From an uncultured Pseudomonadota bacterium (GTDB lineage: Bacteria; Myxococcota_A; Polyangia; Fen-1088): a DNA stretch of 64,000 nt. The DNA lies in assembly GCA_963847705.1 (NCBI GenBank), contig CAWKBC010000017.1:64001-128000 (forward strand), written 5' to 3'. The notes below the pieces were generated by a model that saw nothing but the letters and a program-made list of their open reading frames with translations, was not told the origin of the DNA and did no database searches. Shown piece after piece: positions 9,820-22,500 of the stretch. Both the position numbers and the translations under genes were made by a program. The first letter of the stretch is position 1. Every line of letters starts with the position of its first letter.

Positions 9820-10602
9820 ATGCCTTTGAATCTGTCGTCCGGGGTCGGGGCACTTTCCGAGAAGTTGGGGGCGCTGGGGTACGAGCGCGTCAGGCGGGCC
9901 GTCGCGGCCCTGTCGCTCAGCTTCTTCGCGATCGTCTTCCTTTTCATCGCCTTCAGCGTGCCGGCTCCGGGATGGCAGGCGCCGTTCGTGGCGCTGGCCG
10001 CCTGCTACCTGGTCGCCTTCTTCGCCGTGGTGGCCGAGTGGTTCTGGGGGCGCTGGTTCGCCACCGGCCTCGGTTGGTCCGGGATCATGGTGGCCATCAT
10101 CGCGATCTCGAACCTCGGGTGGGACCCCGGTCTCGCGATCTACGGCCTCTTGCACGCGGCCGTCGTCGTGCCGCTGGCCGGGAAGTCGATGGCCGCGCGC
10201 TATGACCTTCAGGAGGGTTGGCGCCAGCGGTACAAGATGGACGACTTCGGCGTCGCCCGGCTGCGCAAGACGATCACCCGCTCGGCCGCGTCGCTGCCGA
10301 GCGTGATCCTCTGGGCGCTGGCTCCCAAGGAGCCGGGGCAGGGGACGCTGCTGTCGCTGGTGGCGCTGGCGCTGGTGGTCACGGGCCTCGGCGGCCTCGT
10401 GCGGCTGCGGACCTGGGGATGGCTGGCGGTCGGCATGTCCGCCGTGGTCGCGCTGTTCGGCGGCGGTCTGCTGGCATCCGCCACCTTCCATTCTTTGGCG
10501 TTTCCCGATTTCGCGGGGCCGGACCTGGCGATCTGCTTCCTGGTGGCCGCCGCGGTCCCGTTCGTACTGCCCGCGCTCCGGTTCGTGCGAGCCCGGGCCT
10601 GA
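9820..10602 (+). CDS. Hypothetical polytopic membrane protein
   Basis: About 7-8 hydrophobic segments from ATG 9820; TATAAT at 9808-9813. Confidence 0.8.
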   Translation: MPLNLSSGVGALSEKLGALGYERVRRAVAALSLSFFAIVFLFIAFSVPAPGWQAPFVALAACYLVAFFAVVAEWFWGRWFATGLGWSGIMVAIIAISNLGWDPGLAIYGLLHAAVVVPLAGKSMAARYDLQEGWRQRYKMDDFGVARLRKTITRSAASLPSVILWALAPKEPGQGTLLSLVALALVVTGLGGLVRLRTWGWLAVGMSAVVALFGGGLLASATFHSLAFPDFAGPDLAICFLVAAAVPFVLPALRFVRARA

Positions 10603-10702
10603 CAGCCGGGGCAGTTCGCCCGGGCCCCGCTCGACGGCCCGGCCCATGGTTCAATCGGTCGGCGCCCTCATGTCGTTGGAGCGGCGCCCGTCGGTGTCGG
10701 AC

Positions 10703-10775
10703 GCCTTCGCCGACGCCTTCGCCCTCGTGTGATCAGGCGGCAGGGGCCTTCGCCGACGCCTTCGCCTTCGTGTGA

Positions 10776-10788
<13 letters not shown>
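10703..10788. repeat. 43-bp tandem duplication spanning the hppA stop codon
   Basis: 10703-10745 and 10746-10788 differ by one base. Confidence 0.9.
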
Positions 10789-13238
<2,450 letters not shown>

Positions 13239-13433
13239 CGCGCGGGCTGTTTAAACCATCCCCCCCGCGAAGTCCAGAGCGCCAAAGGATGGTTTCCGGA
13301 GGTCCTCGACGTCACCTACGGAGTGGGCCGCGCGCCGCCGGGACGTCCCCGGTCGGCCGGGTGCCCGTCCTCACAGGTCCGCTCAGATCCGCGCACGCAG
13401 AACCGAAGATGGGCGCGCGTCTCGACCGCCCCA

Positions 13434-13540
13434 GGATCGAAGGCCGGCTTCGCCCGCCGGACACCTGAGTGGATCGAAGGCCGGCTTCGCCCGCCGGAGA
13501 CCTGAGTGGATCGAAGGCGGGCTTTGCCCGCCGGAGACTT
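13434..13540. repeat. 37-bp tandem repeat x~3 with internal palindrome (REP-like)
   Basis: GGATCGAAGGCCGGCTTCGCCCGCCGGASACCTGAGT at 13434 and 13471, plus a variant at 13508 containing the hairpin GGCGGGC-TTT-GCCCGCC. Confidence 0.85.
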
Positions 13541-13638
13541 ACAGGCCGAGCAAGATCCGGGTACGACTCTCGTCGCGATCCGACGGGGAGGGCCCGCGGG
13601 AGGGGCGAAGCCCCTTCCGCGAGCGAGCGAAGCGAGCG

Positions 13639-14196
13639 TCAGTCGCCCTTGGCTTTGAGGACCAGCAGCCGGTAGTTGGCGTAGCCGGCCTGGCCGCACG
13701 AATAGATGATCTCCGTGAGCAGCCGGTACGGCGTGGTCTGGTCGGCGACGATCATGAGCTGCGCCTCGAACTTCTGGCCGGTCAGCTCGGCGACCCGCTT
13801 CTCGCGCTTGGCGTGCTTCTCGAGCAGATCGACGAGCGGCGTGATGTAGTAGCCGTTCTCGCCGTCGCGCTTCATCGCCGGATCGATGCGCCCCTGGTTG
13901 ATCGGGGCGACACCGTCGCCTTCGACCAGGAGCACCTTCTTGGTGACCGTCACCGTGACCGCCAGCTTGGGCTTGAGCTGGGTGATCGACTTGGGGATCT
14001 GCAGGTTCTGGTCGAAGTTGATGGTCGACGTCGACGAGGAGAACGACTTCAACAAGAACACCAGGATGATGGTCATCATGTCCATCATCGGAGTGATGTT
14101 GAGGTCTTTGATGACCTCCGGCTCGGAGAGCTTGCGGGCGTAGGACCGGATGGCCTTCTTCCCCTCCAGCCGGGAGATCTCGTTGGGCATCGGCAT
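13639..14196 (-). CDS. ExbD/TolR family protein (AglS-like)
   Basis: LNITPMMDMMTIILVFLL TM motif and ADQTTPY. Confidence 0.9.
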   Translation of the reverse strand: MPMPNEISRLEGKKAIRSYARKLSEPEVIKDLNITPMMDMMTIILVFLLKSFSSSTSTINFDQNLQIPKSITQLKPKLAVTVTVTKKVLLVEGDGVAPINQGRIDPAMKRDGENGYYITPLVDLLEKHAKREKRVAELTGQKFEAQLMIVADQTTPYRLLTEIIYSCGQAGYANYRLLVLKAKGD

Positions 14197-14729
14197 TAGA
14201 GGATCCCCGCGGCAAAGGAGACGTCAGGGAACAGGATCTTGAGGCCGGTTTCGTCCGTTCTCATGGCATCGAGCGTGGCGATGACGACGTCGTACGGCGT
14301 GCTGGCGTCGGCATTGAAGTTGGCCTTGGTCTCGTCCGCGTTGTCCGGATTCGACTTGATCTCTTTCAGTTTGGTCGTCAGCCCGGCGTAATCGTACTGG
14401 CCGTTGGGCAGCTTCGGGATGATGGGCAACACACCGCCCGAAGCCGCCACGGTGAAGCCGGTGGCGCCGACGGAGACCGTCAGATTGAGCGGCGGCTTCT
14501 CGGGAGGCGGCTGGTCGGCAGACGAGCCGCTGCCGGAGGAGATGGTCGGAACGGTGACGTTGATGTTCCCGAGCGCGACCTGATTCACGACCGAAGCGAG
14601 CAAGAAGATGATGATGTTGGTGACGATGTCCATGTAAGGGACGAGGTTGAGCTCTCCTGCCTCTTCCTCGATCTCCTCGACATGGTCACGCATCCGGCGG
14701 CATGCCGCCCGGACCTGGCTTCTGGTCAT
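14196..14729 (-). CDS. ExbD/TolR family protein (AglQ-like)
   Basis: EEEAGELNLVPYMDIVTNIIIFLL and ADASTPYDVVIATLDAMR. Confidence 0.9.
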   Translation of the reverse strand: MTRSQVRAACRRMRDHVEEIEEEAGELNLVPYMDIVTNIIIFLLASVVNQVALGNINVTVPTISSGSGSSADQPPPEKPPLNLTVSVGATGFTVAASGGVLPIIPKLPNGQYDYAGLTTKLKEIKSNPDNADETKANFNADASTPYDVVIATLDAMRTDETGLKILFPDVSFAAGIL

Positions 14730-14799
14730 GGAACGCTTGGCCCTTTCATCCGTGAGTCAGGTGAGACTTTGTCGATCCCCCTTGCCCCCTCGATTCGGA

Positions 14800-15438
14800 T
14801 TAGGCCTTCGCTCCGCCCTGGGCTGACTCGGCCAGCAGGTTCTCCAGCTTCAGCGCGAAGCCTTCCAGATCGCCGACCTGCTTCTTCGAGGCCGACGAGA
14901 GGATGGCGTGGGCGATGATGCAAGTGACCGCGATGCTGAGACCCATGGCGGTGTTGTTGAGCGCCTCGGAGATACCCTTGGCGAGCAGGGCCGACCGCTC
15001 TTCCGGCTTGGCGGCCGCGACGGCGCCGAACGCCCGGATGAGGCCGATAACCGTCCCGAGGAGGCCGACGAGGGTCGCGATGTTGGCGATCGACCAGAGG
15101 ATCTGGACGCGCTTCTTCAGCAGCGGCGTCACGTCGACCAGCGTCTCTTCGATCGCCTGGGCGATGGCGATCTCGCCGCGGTGAACGCGCTGGAGACCGG
15201 CGCGGGCCACCTGGGCCACCGGGGCCTCGGTCGCCGAGCAGAGCTTGACCGCGCGGTCGATGTTGTTGGCCAGAACCAGCTTCCGAATCTGCTCGAGGAA
15301 CGCCTTGGCGTTCACGGACCCCTTGCCGAGGAAGAAGATGGTTCGATCAACGATGAACGCCAAGGTGATGATAGACACCACCAGGTTGACGTACATCAGC
15401 GTGCCACCTTGCTCTAAGAACTGGGCGAGTCCTTGCAT
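14800..15438 (-). CDS. MotA/TolQ/ExbB proton-channel protein (AglR-like)
   Basis: ATLVGLLGTVIGLIRAF and GISEALNNTAMGL motifs; AGGAG RBS before ATG 15438. Confidence 0.92.
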   Translation of the reverse strand: MQGLAQFLEQGGTLMYVNLVVSIITLAFIVDRTIFFLGKGSVNAKAFLEQIRKLVLANNIDRAVKLCSATEAPVAQVARAGLQRVHRGEIAIAQAIEETLVDVTPLLKKRVQILWSIANIATLVGLLGTVIGLIRAFGAVAAAKPEERSALLAKGISEALNNTAMGLSIAVTCIIAHAILSSASKKQVGDLEGFALKLENLLAESAQGGAKA

Positions 15439-15571
15439 CTCGTGTCTCCTCGCGCGCGCGCATTGGATGCGCGGCATTCGACTCTCGGGTCTGGTTGGGG
15501 GAAGCGGTTTTGTGAAGAATGAGGCCCTGTGAGGGGCTTTGCTGCTGGGAGCGTAAAGTAACGCGGTCGCT

Positions 15572-15599
15572 ATCTTATCGGTATGTCCTGGGGTGTCAA
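15572..15599 (-). promoter_or_regulatory. sigma70-type promoter for the TolQ/TolR/TolR operon
   Basis: Minus strand TTGACA-N16-TAAGAT in an AT-richer intergenic region. Confidence 0.6.
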
Positions 15600-15840
15600 G
15601 CTCGTGACCGCGGCTGCAACGTGGATGATTACGTCGGAAACTTCAGGAAACTTTACCCCTCACGTCACGCTCTCTTTTCTTTGAATGGTCTTTGAACGAT
15701 TCCTGGAGCGATTCCTTGAGCGATTCGTGGATCGACACGGAGCCATTCATGCGCCCCGACAACGCTCAGCTCGGAGGCACTGGCGATTCGGAGTCGGTCC
15801 ACCGGCCGCTTCTCGTGCCGTGGGGGAGCGCCGTCGATGG

Positions 15841-17436
15841 TCACGGCCCGGGGTGGGCCTGGCCATTCGCGGGGTGACTGTCCGCCGCGCCGGCCGTGAC
15901 CGGCTCGCCGTCGAGATCGCGGAGCTCCACCGGCGCCAGCTTGGCCAGCGGCCCCTCGATCGACTTGCGGTCGCCGACCACGATGATGGCCAGATGCGAC
16001 GGGTCGAGGTACTTGCGCGCGACGCGCCGGACGTCGTCCTTGGTGACGGCGGCGATCTTGCGGGTGTATTCGGCGAGGTAGCTGTCCGGAAAACCGTAAA
16101 CCGACAGCTCGGCGAGCTGGGCGGCGACGGCGGCCCGGGTGGCGAAGCGGGAGGGGAACGACTTGATGATCTGGTCCTTGGCGCGTGCGAGCTCGGCGTC
16201 GGTGACGTCGCCGTCGCGGATGGCGTTCAGCTCCTTCAAGATCTCGGCGACCGAGTCGGCGCTGTGGGGGGCGACGAACTCGCCGCCGGCCGAGAACGGT
16301 CCAGGCGTCTTGCGGCTGTCGAAGCTGGAACGGGCGCCGTAGGTCCAGCCTTTCCCCTCGCGGAGGTTGAGATCCAGGCGGTAAAAGCCGCCGCCCAGGA
16401 TCAGATTCATCACGGTGACCGGAAAGTAGTCCGGGCTCTGGCGGTCGATGCCGACCAGCCCCACCCGGATCGAGGACTGCGGCGCCCCGGCCTTGTCGAT
16501 GAGGAAGATCTTGGTCTCGGGCGCGGCGCCCCCCGGCGCCGGCAGCCGACGCGCCGCCACGTGCTTGCTGCGCCAGCCCTTGAACGCCGCCTCCAGCTTC
16601 CCCCGCAGCGCCGCCTCGGTGGTGTCGCCGGCGACGATCAACGCCGCGTTGTTGGGGTGATAGTAGGCGTCGTAGAAGGCGCGCAGGTCGGCGGGGGTCA
16701 GCTTCTTGATGGATGCCTCCGTGCCGCTCATCGGCCACCCGTAGGGGTGCTTGGCGCCGTAGAGGAGATGACTGAGCGCCAGCCCGGCGACCGTCGGCGG
16801 GCTGTCCTTGCGGCGGGTGATGGCGGTGAGGAGGTTGTCGCGGACGCGCGTGAACTCCTTTTCGTCGAAAGCCGGGTGCTGGACGACGTCGGAGAAAATA
16901 TCCAGCGCCGGGTCCAGGTTGCGGCTCAGCGTCGAGAGGCTGACGCTGGAGGCGTCCCAGGTGCCGCCGGTCGACAGCGTGGCGCCGAGCGCGGCGATCT
17001 GGTCGGCGATCTCAATCGCGCCGCGGGTCTTGGTCCCCTCGTCCAGCATGCGCGCCGTCAGGTCGGCCAGGCCGGCCTTGTCGGCCGGGTTGGCCGCGCT
17101 CCCGGTCTTCACCATCAGGTTGAAGTCGATGAGCGGAAGGTCGTGAAATTCGACGAGGAAAACGTCGAGGCCGTTCTTCAACTTGAACCGCTTCCAGTGC
17201 GGCGGGGTGAAGGTCGGCTCGGTCCCGGCCCCGGGCGCCTGCTGGCGGAAGGGGGCGTCGGGGGTCTGCCGCGCGGGAACGGGGGGGAGCGGCGCGGGCG
17301 CGGCCGAGACCACGACGGTCGGGGAAACGGGGGGAACACCGGAGACCGCGGGCTTTGGCGAGGCCGGCGTGGCACAGGCGGCGCCCAACCCGGCCAGCAT
17401 CGCCGCCGTCAGCAATCGCGTGCGAGAGGTGGTCAT
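15841..17436 (-). CDS. M16B family peptidase, non-catalytic subunit (lipoprotein)
   Basis: Lipobox LGAAC; KLKNGL...GLADLTARMLDEGT with no HxxEH; RL..NLRE.KGWTYG. Confidence 0.9.
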   Translation of the reverse strand: MTTSRTRLLTAAMLAGLGAACATPASPKPAVSGVPPVSPTVVVSAAPAPLPPVPARQTPDAPFRQQAPGAGTEPTFTPPHWKRFKLKNGLDVFLVEFHDLPLIDFNLMVKTGSAANPADKAGLADLTARMLDEGTKTRGAIEIADQIAALGATLSTGGTWDASSVSLSTLSRNLDPALDIFSDVVQHPAFDEKEFTRVRDNLLTAITRRKDSPPTVAGLALSHLLYGAKHPYGWPMSGTEASIKKLTPADLRAFYDAYYHPNNAALIVAGDTTEAALRGKLEAAFKGWRSKHVAARRLPAPGGAAPETKIFLIDKAGAPQSSIRVGLVGIDRQSPDYFPVTVMNLILGGGFYRLDLNLREGKGWTYGARSSFDSRKTPGPFSAGGEFVAPHSADSVAEILKELNAIRDGDVTDAELARAKDQIIKSFPSRFATRAAVAAQLAELSVYGFPDSYLAEYTRKIAAVTKDDVRRVARKYLDPSHLAIIVVGDRKSIEGPLAKLAPVELRDLDGEPVTAGAADSHPANGQAHPGP

Positions 17437-18801
17437 TTCTTCACCCGCCCCATGATCGGCGCGTCGGGATTGGGATCGATCGTCACCACCACCCGTCCGT
17501 CTTTGTTGAGGACCTCCTGGGCAGCCCGCTGGACCGCGGCGGCGTCGACCGCCCGGTAGCGGCGGAGGTCCTCGGTCAGATACCCCGGGTCGTTGAGGAG
17601 ATAGTTGTAGGACTGCAGCCGCTCGGCGCGGGCCAGCAGCGGCTCGAGGCTGCGCACCGCCTCCGATTCGATCTGGTTCTTGGCCCGGTTGAGCTCGGCG
17701 TCGTCGACCGGCTTGGCCTTGAGCGCGGCGATCTCCTGGTCGATGACAGCCAGGATCTCGTCCAGCGTGTGCCCCGGCATCGGCGAGGCGGTGATCTCGA
17801 AGGTGCTGGACAGGAGCTGGCTCTGCTGGGACGCGGTCACCGACTGGGCGATCTTGAGGTCATAGACGAGGCGCTTGTAGAGGCGCGACGACTTGCCGTT
17901 GCCGAGGATGTTGGCCAGAACGTCGAGCTCCCGGTCGCCGGGGGCGAAGTTGGCGGGCGAGGGGTAGTCGACGTAGAGCTGCGGCTGCTGGATCTTGGCC
18001 TCCATGGCGATCCGCTGGGGCGCCGACAGGCGGACCTCGCCCCCCGCCCGGCGCACGACCGGCGGGCCGGCCGGGATTGCCCCGAAGTAGCGCTCGACCA
18101 GCTCCTTGGCCCTGGCGCGATCGAAGTCGCCCGCGATGGTCAAGGTGGCGTTCCCGGGCGCGTAGTAGGAGCGGAAGAAGCCCTGAACGTCGCCGACCGA
18201 GGCGGCGGAGAGATCCTCCATCGAGCCGATCACCTCGTGGTGGTAGGGGTGGTCGGGGGGGTAGAGCGCCTCGGCCAGGACGTGCGAGATGAGGCCGGCC
18301 GGCCGGTTCTCGTAGCGCTGGCGCTTCTCGTTCTTGACCACGTCGCGCTGGTTGTCGAGCGTCTCCTTGAACGATGGCCGCTCGAGCAGGAAGCCCATCC
18401 GGTCGCTCTCCAGCCAGAGCGCCAGCTCGAGCTGATTGGCCGGGACGACCTCGAAGTAGTTGGTGCGGTCGGCGGCGGTCGACCCGTTCACGTTGGAGGC
18501 CCCGGCCTTCTGGAGAAACTCGAAGTACTTGTCCTCGGGGATGTGCTTGGTCCCCTGGAACATGATGTGCTCGAACAGGTGCGCGAAGCCGGTGTGGCCG
18601 GGCGCCTCGTCGCGCGAGCCGACCTTGTACCAGACGTCGACCGCCACCTCCGGCATCCGGTGGTCCTCGTGAAGGATCACCTCCAGGCCATTCGGAAGGG
18701 TGTACTTTTCGAAGGAGATCTCGTGGCAAATCCGCCGACGGTGACGGCGGAGCCGTCGTGCCGGCCAGGACCGCCAAAGCCGCCGCGGCTCGTGCGTGCA
18801 T
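17433..18801 (-). CDS. M16B family zinc peptidase, catalytic subunit (apparent frameshift near 18725 separates the signal peptide)
   Basis: GFAHLFEHIMF (HxxEH), NGST..DRTNY, LWLESDRM. The signal-like MHARAAAALAVLAG from ATG 18801 is in a different frame from EISFEKYTLPNG. Confidence 0.88.
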
Positions 18802-18864
18802 GCGCGAAGTCTTACCACGCTATCGGCGGAGGGAATTATCTGGGAGAATTCGAATCCGCTTCTG

Positions 18865-19494
18865 ATGTCGACCCCCCCCCACACTCCGCCCGAACCGAAT
18901 GCCCCCGCCGTCGTGACCGACGAGGACCTCGTCGCGCGCGCGCGAACCAAGGACTTCGCGGCCTTCGAGGAACTGGTCGATCGTTACGAGGACAAGATCT
19001 TTCGCCTGGCCTTCCGTTTCGTCCGCAACGAGACGGAGGCCAAGGAGATCGTGCAGGACACCTTCCTCTTGGTGTGGCGGAAGCTCGACACGTTCAAGGG
19101 GGATTCCCAGTTCGGCAGTTGGCTCTACCGGGTCGCCACCAACACGGCGCTCATGCGGCTGCGGGCGCAGCGGCGGCACCCCGAGATCTCGACCGAAGAG
19201 CTTCCGGTCGACTACCTCGACAACTATGGTCAGATCCCCTCCGCCGGGGAGAACTGGGCCAAGCGCCCCGATGACGAGCTGCAGTCGGATGAGCTGCGGC
19301 GCCGAATTCAAAAGGCGGTCGACGAGCTGCCCGAGATTTACCGGACGGTGTTCCTCATCCGCGACGTCGAGGGGCTCTCGACCGAGGAGACGGCCGAGGT
19401 GCTCGAGATCTCCATCCCGACCGTGAAGACCCGGCTGCACCGGGCGCGTCTGGCCCTGCGTGACGCGATCACGCGCTACTTCGATCAGAAGTAA
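18865..19494 (+). CDS. ECF RNA polymerase sigma factor
   Basis: AFEELVDRY, EIVQDTFL, SWLYRVATN, and region 4 EGLSTEETAEVL.ISIPTVKTRLHRAR. Confidence 0.95.
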   Translation: MSTPPHTPPEPNAPAVVTDEDLVARARTKDFAAFEELVDRYEDKIFRLAFRFVRNETEAKEIVQDTFLLVWRKLDTFKGDSQFGSWLYRVATNTALMRLRAQRRHPEISTEELPVDYLDNYGQIPSAGENWAKRPDDELQSDELRRRIQKAVDELPEIYRTVFLIRDVEGLSTEETAEVLEISIPTVKTRLHRARLALRDAITRYFDQK

Positions 19495-19529
19495 AAGTCT
19501 CGATTTTCCGGCTATAATCGCGCCGGCCC

Positions 19530-22500
19530 ATGGTGAAGATTCGGGCAGCGGCGGCGCTGGTGGTTTGCGTCGTCGTGGCCAGCGCAGCTCGCGCCGGGGC
19601 CCAATCGGCGACGGCGACCGCCTACGACGAGGTGCTGGCGCGGGCGGGCGCGCGGCTGGCCGCGGAGGCCAGCAAGCCGCAGGCGATCTCCGCGCTGGCG
19701 GAGCTGGCGGCGCTCGATGAGGCGGTCTCGCCGGCGGCGCTGGAGGCCGCGGTCCGCGGGGGGCTGGTCGCCGGGGCGCATCCGCTGGTCGCCGCGCAGG
19801 CGGCCTTTCTCCTGGCGCACCTCTGCGACGAGCGCGGCGCCAGCGAGGAAGCGACCTCGCTGCGCAGCGGCCTCGGCTTTCTCGCGCACCCGTACGTGAT
19901 CGGCCCGTTCGGCGAGGGGCGCGCCAGCTTCCGGACGGTGTTCCCGCCGGAGGCCGAACACGCGCCGCCCGAGCTCGCCCGCACCTATCCTGGAAAGACC
20001 CACGACGTCGCCTGGCGCGCGGGGGACGCCGCCGTGCGCGAGGGGGCGCTGTATCTCGACGGCCTGCTCCGCCCGGACGATCAAGCGGTCGCTTACGTGG
20101 CGGCGTTCGTTCACAGCGATCGCCAGCGCGCGGCGGCGCTCCGGATCGGCTCCCCGGGTCCGGTCAAGATCTGGGTCAACGGCGCCCTGGTGTTCGCCGA
20201 GGACGTGGTCCGGCCGGCCGGGCTCGATCAGGACGCCGCCCCCGTGCAGCTCGGACGCGGTTGGAACCGAATTCTGATCAAGACGGTGGTGGTGGACGGC
20301 GCCTGGCGGCTCTACGCGCGGCTGACCGCTCCGTCGGGAGCGCCGCTGCACCTCGGCGGTCCGGCGGAGGTCCCGCCGCCGGACGCCAGGTGGGTGACGG
20401 CGACGGTGACCGCGACGACAGCCGCGCAGGTGCGTTCTGCCGGGAAGGCGGCGGTCGCTTCGCTCGACGCGCTGCTCGAGCAGCGGGCCAGGGGGGCGAC
20501 GGGCGAGGCGGCCGCCGGGGCGTGGCTCGACCTGGCGCGCGCCCTCGCCTGGATCGCCCCGCGCGATCGCGACGCGCACGCCGCCGCGGACGCCGTCCAA
20601 CGCTCGCTGACCGCGGGCCCCACGCTGGGCGCCTATCTGGTGGCGGCCGAGGTCGCCGACACCGACGACGAGCGCCGCCGCGATCTCGAGCGGGCCGGTG
20701 AGCTGCCGATCTCGTCGCCCTGGCGCGCGCTGCTGCTGGCACGCCTGGGGGAGCTGGCGCGGACCGAGCGGCGCGAGGCGCGCGCGACCGAGTCCTTCCG
20801 CAGCGCGCTGGTCCTCGACGCCGGCTGCTGGCCGGCGGCGCTGGCGCTGGCCGACCAGGAGTCGGAGGCGGCGCTGCCGCTGGCGGCGCTGGCGCGGGTC
20901 GAAGCGTTGCCGCCCGCGGTGCAGGCGCTGCCGCGCGTCCGCCGGGCGGCGGCTCGGCTCTATGAAGCCGCCGGGCGTCGAAACGCGAGCGATCGGCTGC
21001 TGGCGTCCCTGTCGGACGAGCGGCGGATCGAGGTCGATCTGCTGCACCAGCTCGCCACGCGGGCGCGGGCCCGGGGCGACGGCGCGGAGGCCCGCCTGCG
21101 TCTGGCCGCCGCCGCAGCGCTGCGGCCCGATCTGCCGTCGCTGCAGATCGAGCTGGCGCGGCTGGACGAGGGGGCGGGGGAGGGGGCGCGGGCGCTGGCG
21201 GGGCTCACCGCGCTCGCGGGGCGGCTGCCCGACGATCCCTCGGCGCTGATCGCGCTGGGCAAGCTGCTTCACCGGCTCGGGCGGACCGACGAGGCGTTGC
21301 TCCGGCTGCGGGGCGCGCTGGCGCTGCGTCCCCAGGATCCCGAGCTCAAACGGTACGTCGATGGGCTGGTCGCCGGCGACCACGGCGATCCGGCGGCGGC
21401 CGACGAGCTGGCGCGTCGCTTCGCGGAAGAGGCGAGCAGCCTGGTGCCGCTCCACCCGCCCACGCTGGCGGCGACCGGTGACACCGCGGTGGTGCTGCTC
21501 GACCGGCGGGTCGTGCGCGTGCACAAGAACGGCCTCTCCCGGACCTTCGCGCAGAGGGTGGTCGAGGTGCTCACCGAGCGCGGCGCCGAGGACAACAAGG
21601 AGTTCGAGGTCCACTACACGCCGGGCAGCGAGGAGGTCGACATCCGCCAGGCCCGCATCTACCGGCGTGACGCGCGCGGCGGGCTGGAGGTGCTGGAGGC
21701 GACCGACCGCAGCGACGAAGATCTCTCCGAGCCCTGGTACGGCCTCTACTACGACAACCGCGCCGAGGTCGTCCGCTTCGAGGGGCTGCGCCCCGGTGAC
21801 GTGGTGGAGATCCAGTATCTGGTCGACGACGTCAGCAACGAGAACCAGATGTCCGACTACTTCGGCGATCTGCAGTACGTCGCCGAGACGATCCCCAAGC
21901 GGCGCTGGGACTACACGCTCATCGCGCCGCAAAGCCGGCCGATCCACGCCAATGTCCCGCGCGTCGCCCGGCTCGAACAGAAGACCACGGTCGACGGCGA
22001 CGATCGGGTCTATCACTTTGCCGCCACCGACATCCCCAAGGTCGACGCCGAGCCGGCCATGCCGGGGACGGCGGAGACGGCGCCTTACCTGCACGTCAGC
22101 ACCTACGCGACCTGGGCCGAGGTCGGGGCCTGGTACTGGCACCTGGTCGAAGATCAGCTCACCGCCGACGACGACGTCCGCCAGACGGCGCGCGGCCTGG
22201 TGACACCGTCGATGAGCGACGAGGCGCGGGTGCGCGCGGTCTACAACTTCGTCGTCGAGAACACCCGCTACGTCGGGCTGGAGTTCGGCATCCACGGCTA
22301 CAAGCCCTACAAGGTGACCCAGGTGCTGGCGCGCCGCTTCGGTGACTGCAAGGACAAGGCCTCGCTGCTGCTGGCGCTCCTGCGGGAGGTCGGCATCGAC
22401 GCCGAGCTGGTCTTGGTGCGCACCCGCCGCGGGGGCCGGCTCGATCCGCAGCCGGCCTCGCTGGCCGTGTTCGATCACGCCATCGTCTACGTGCCGAAGC

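Noticed and set aside
13434-13540. 37-bp repeats as a CRISPR array
   Set aside because: Units are contiguous with no unique spacers, and no cas genes are present.
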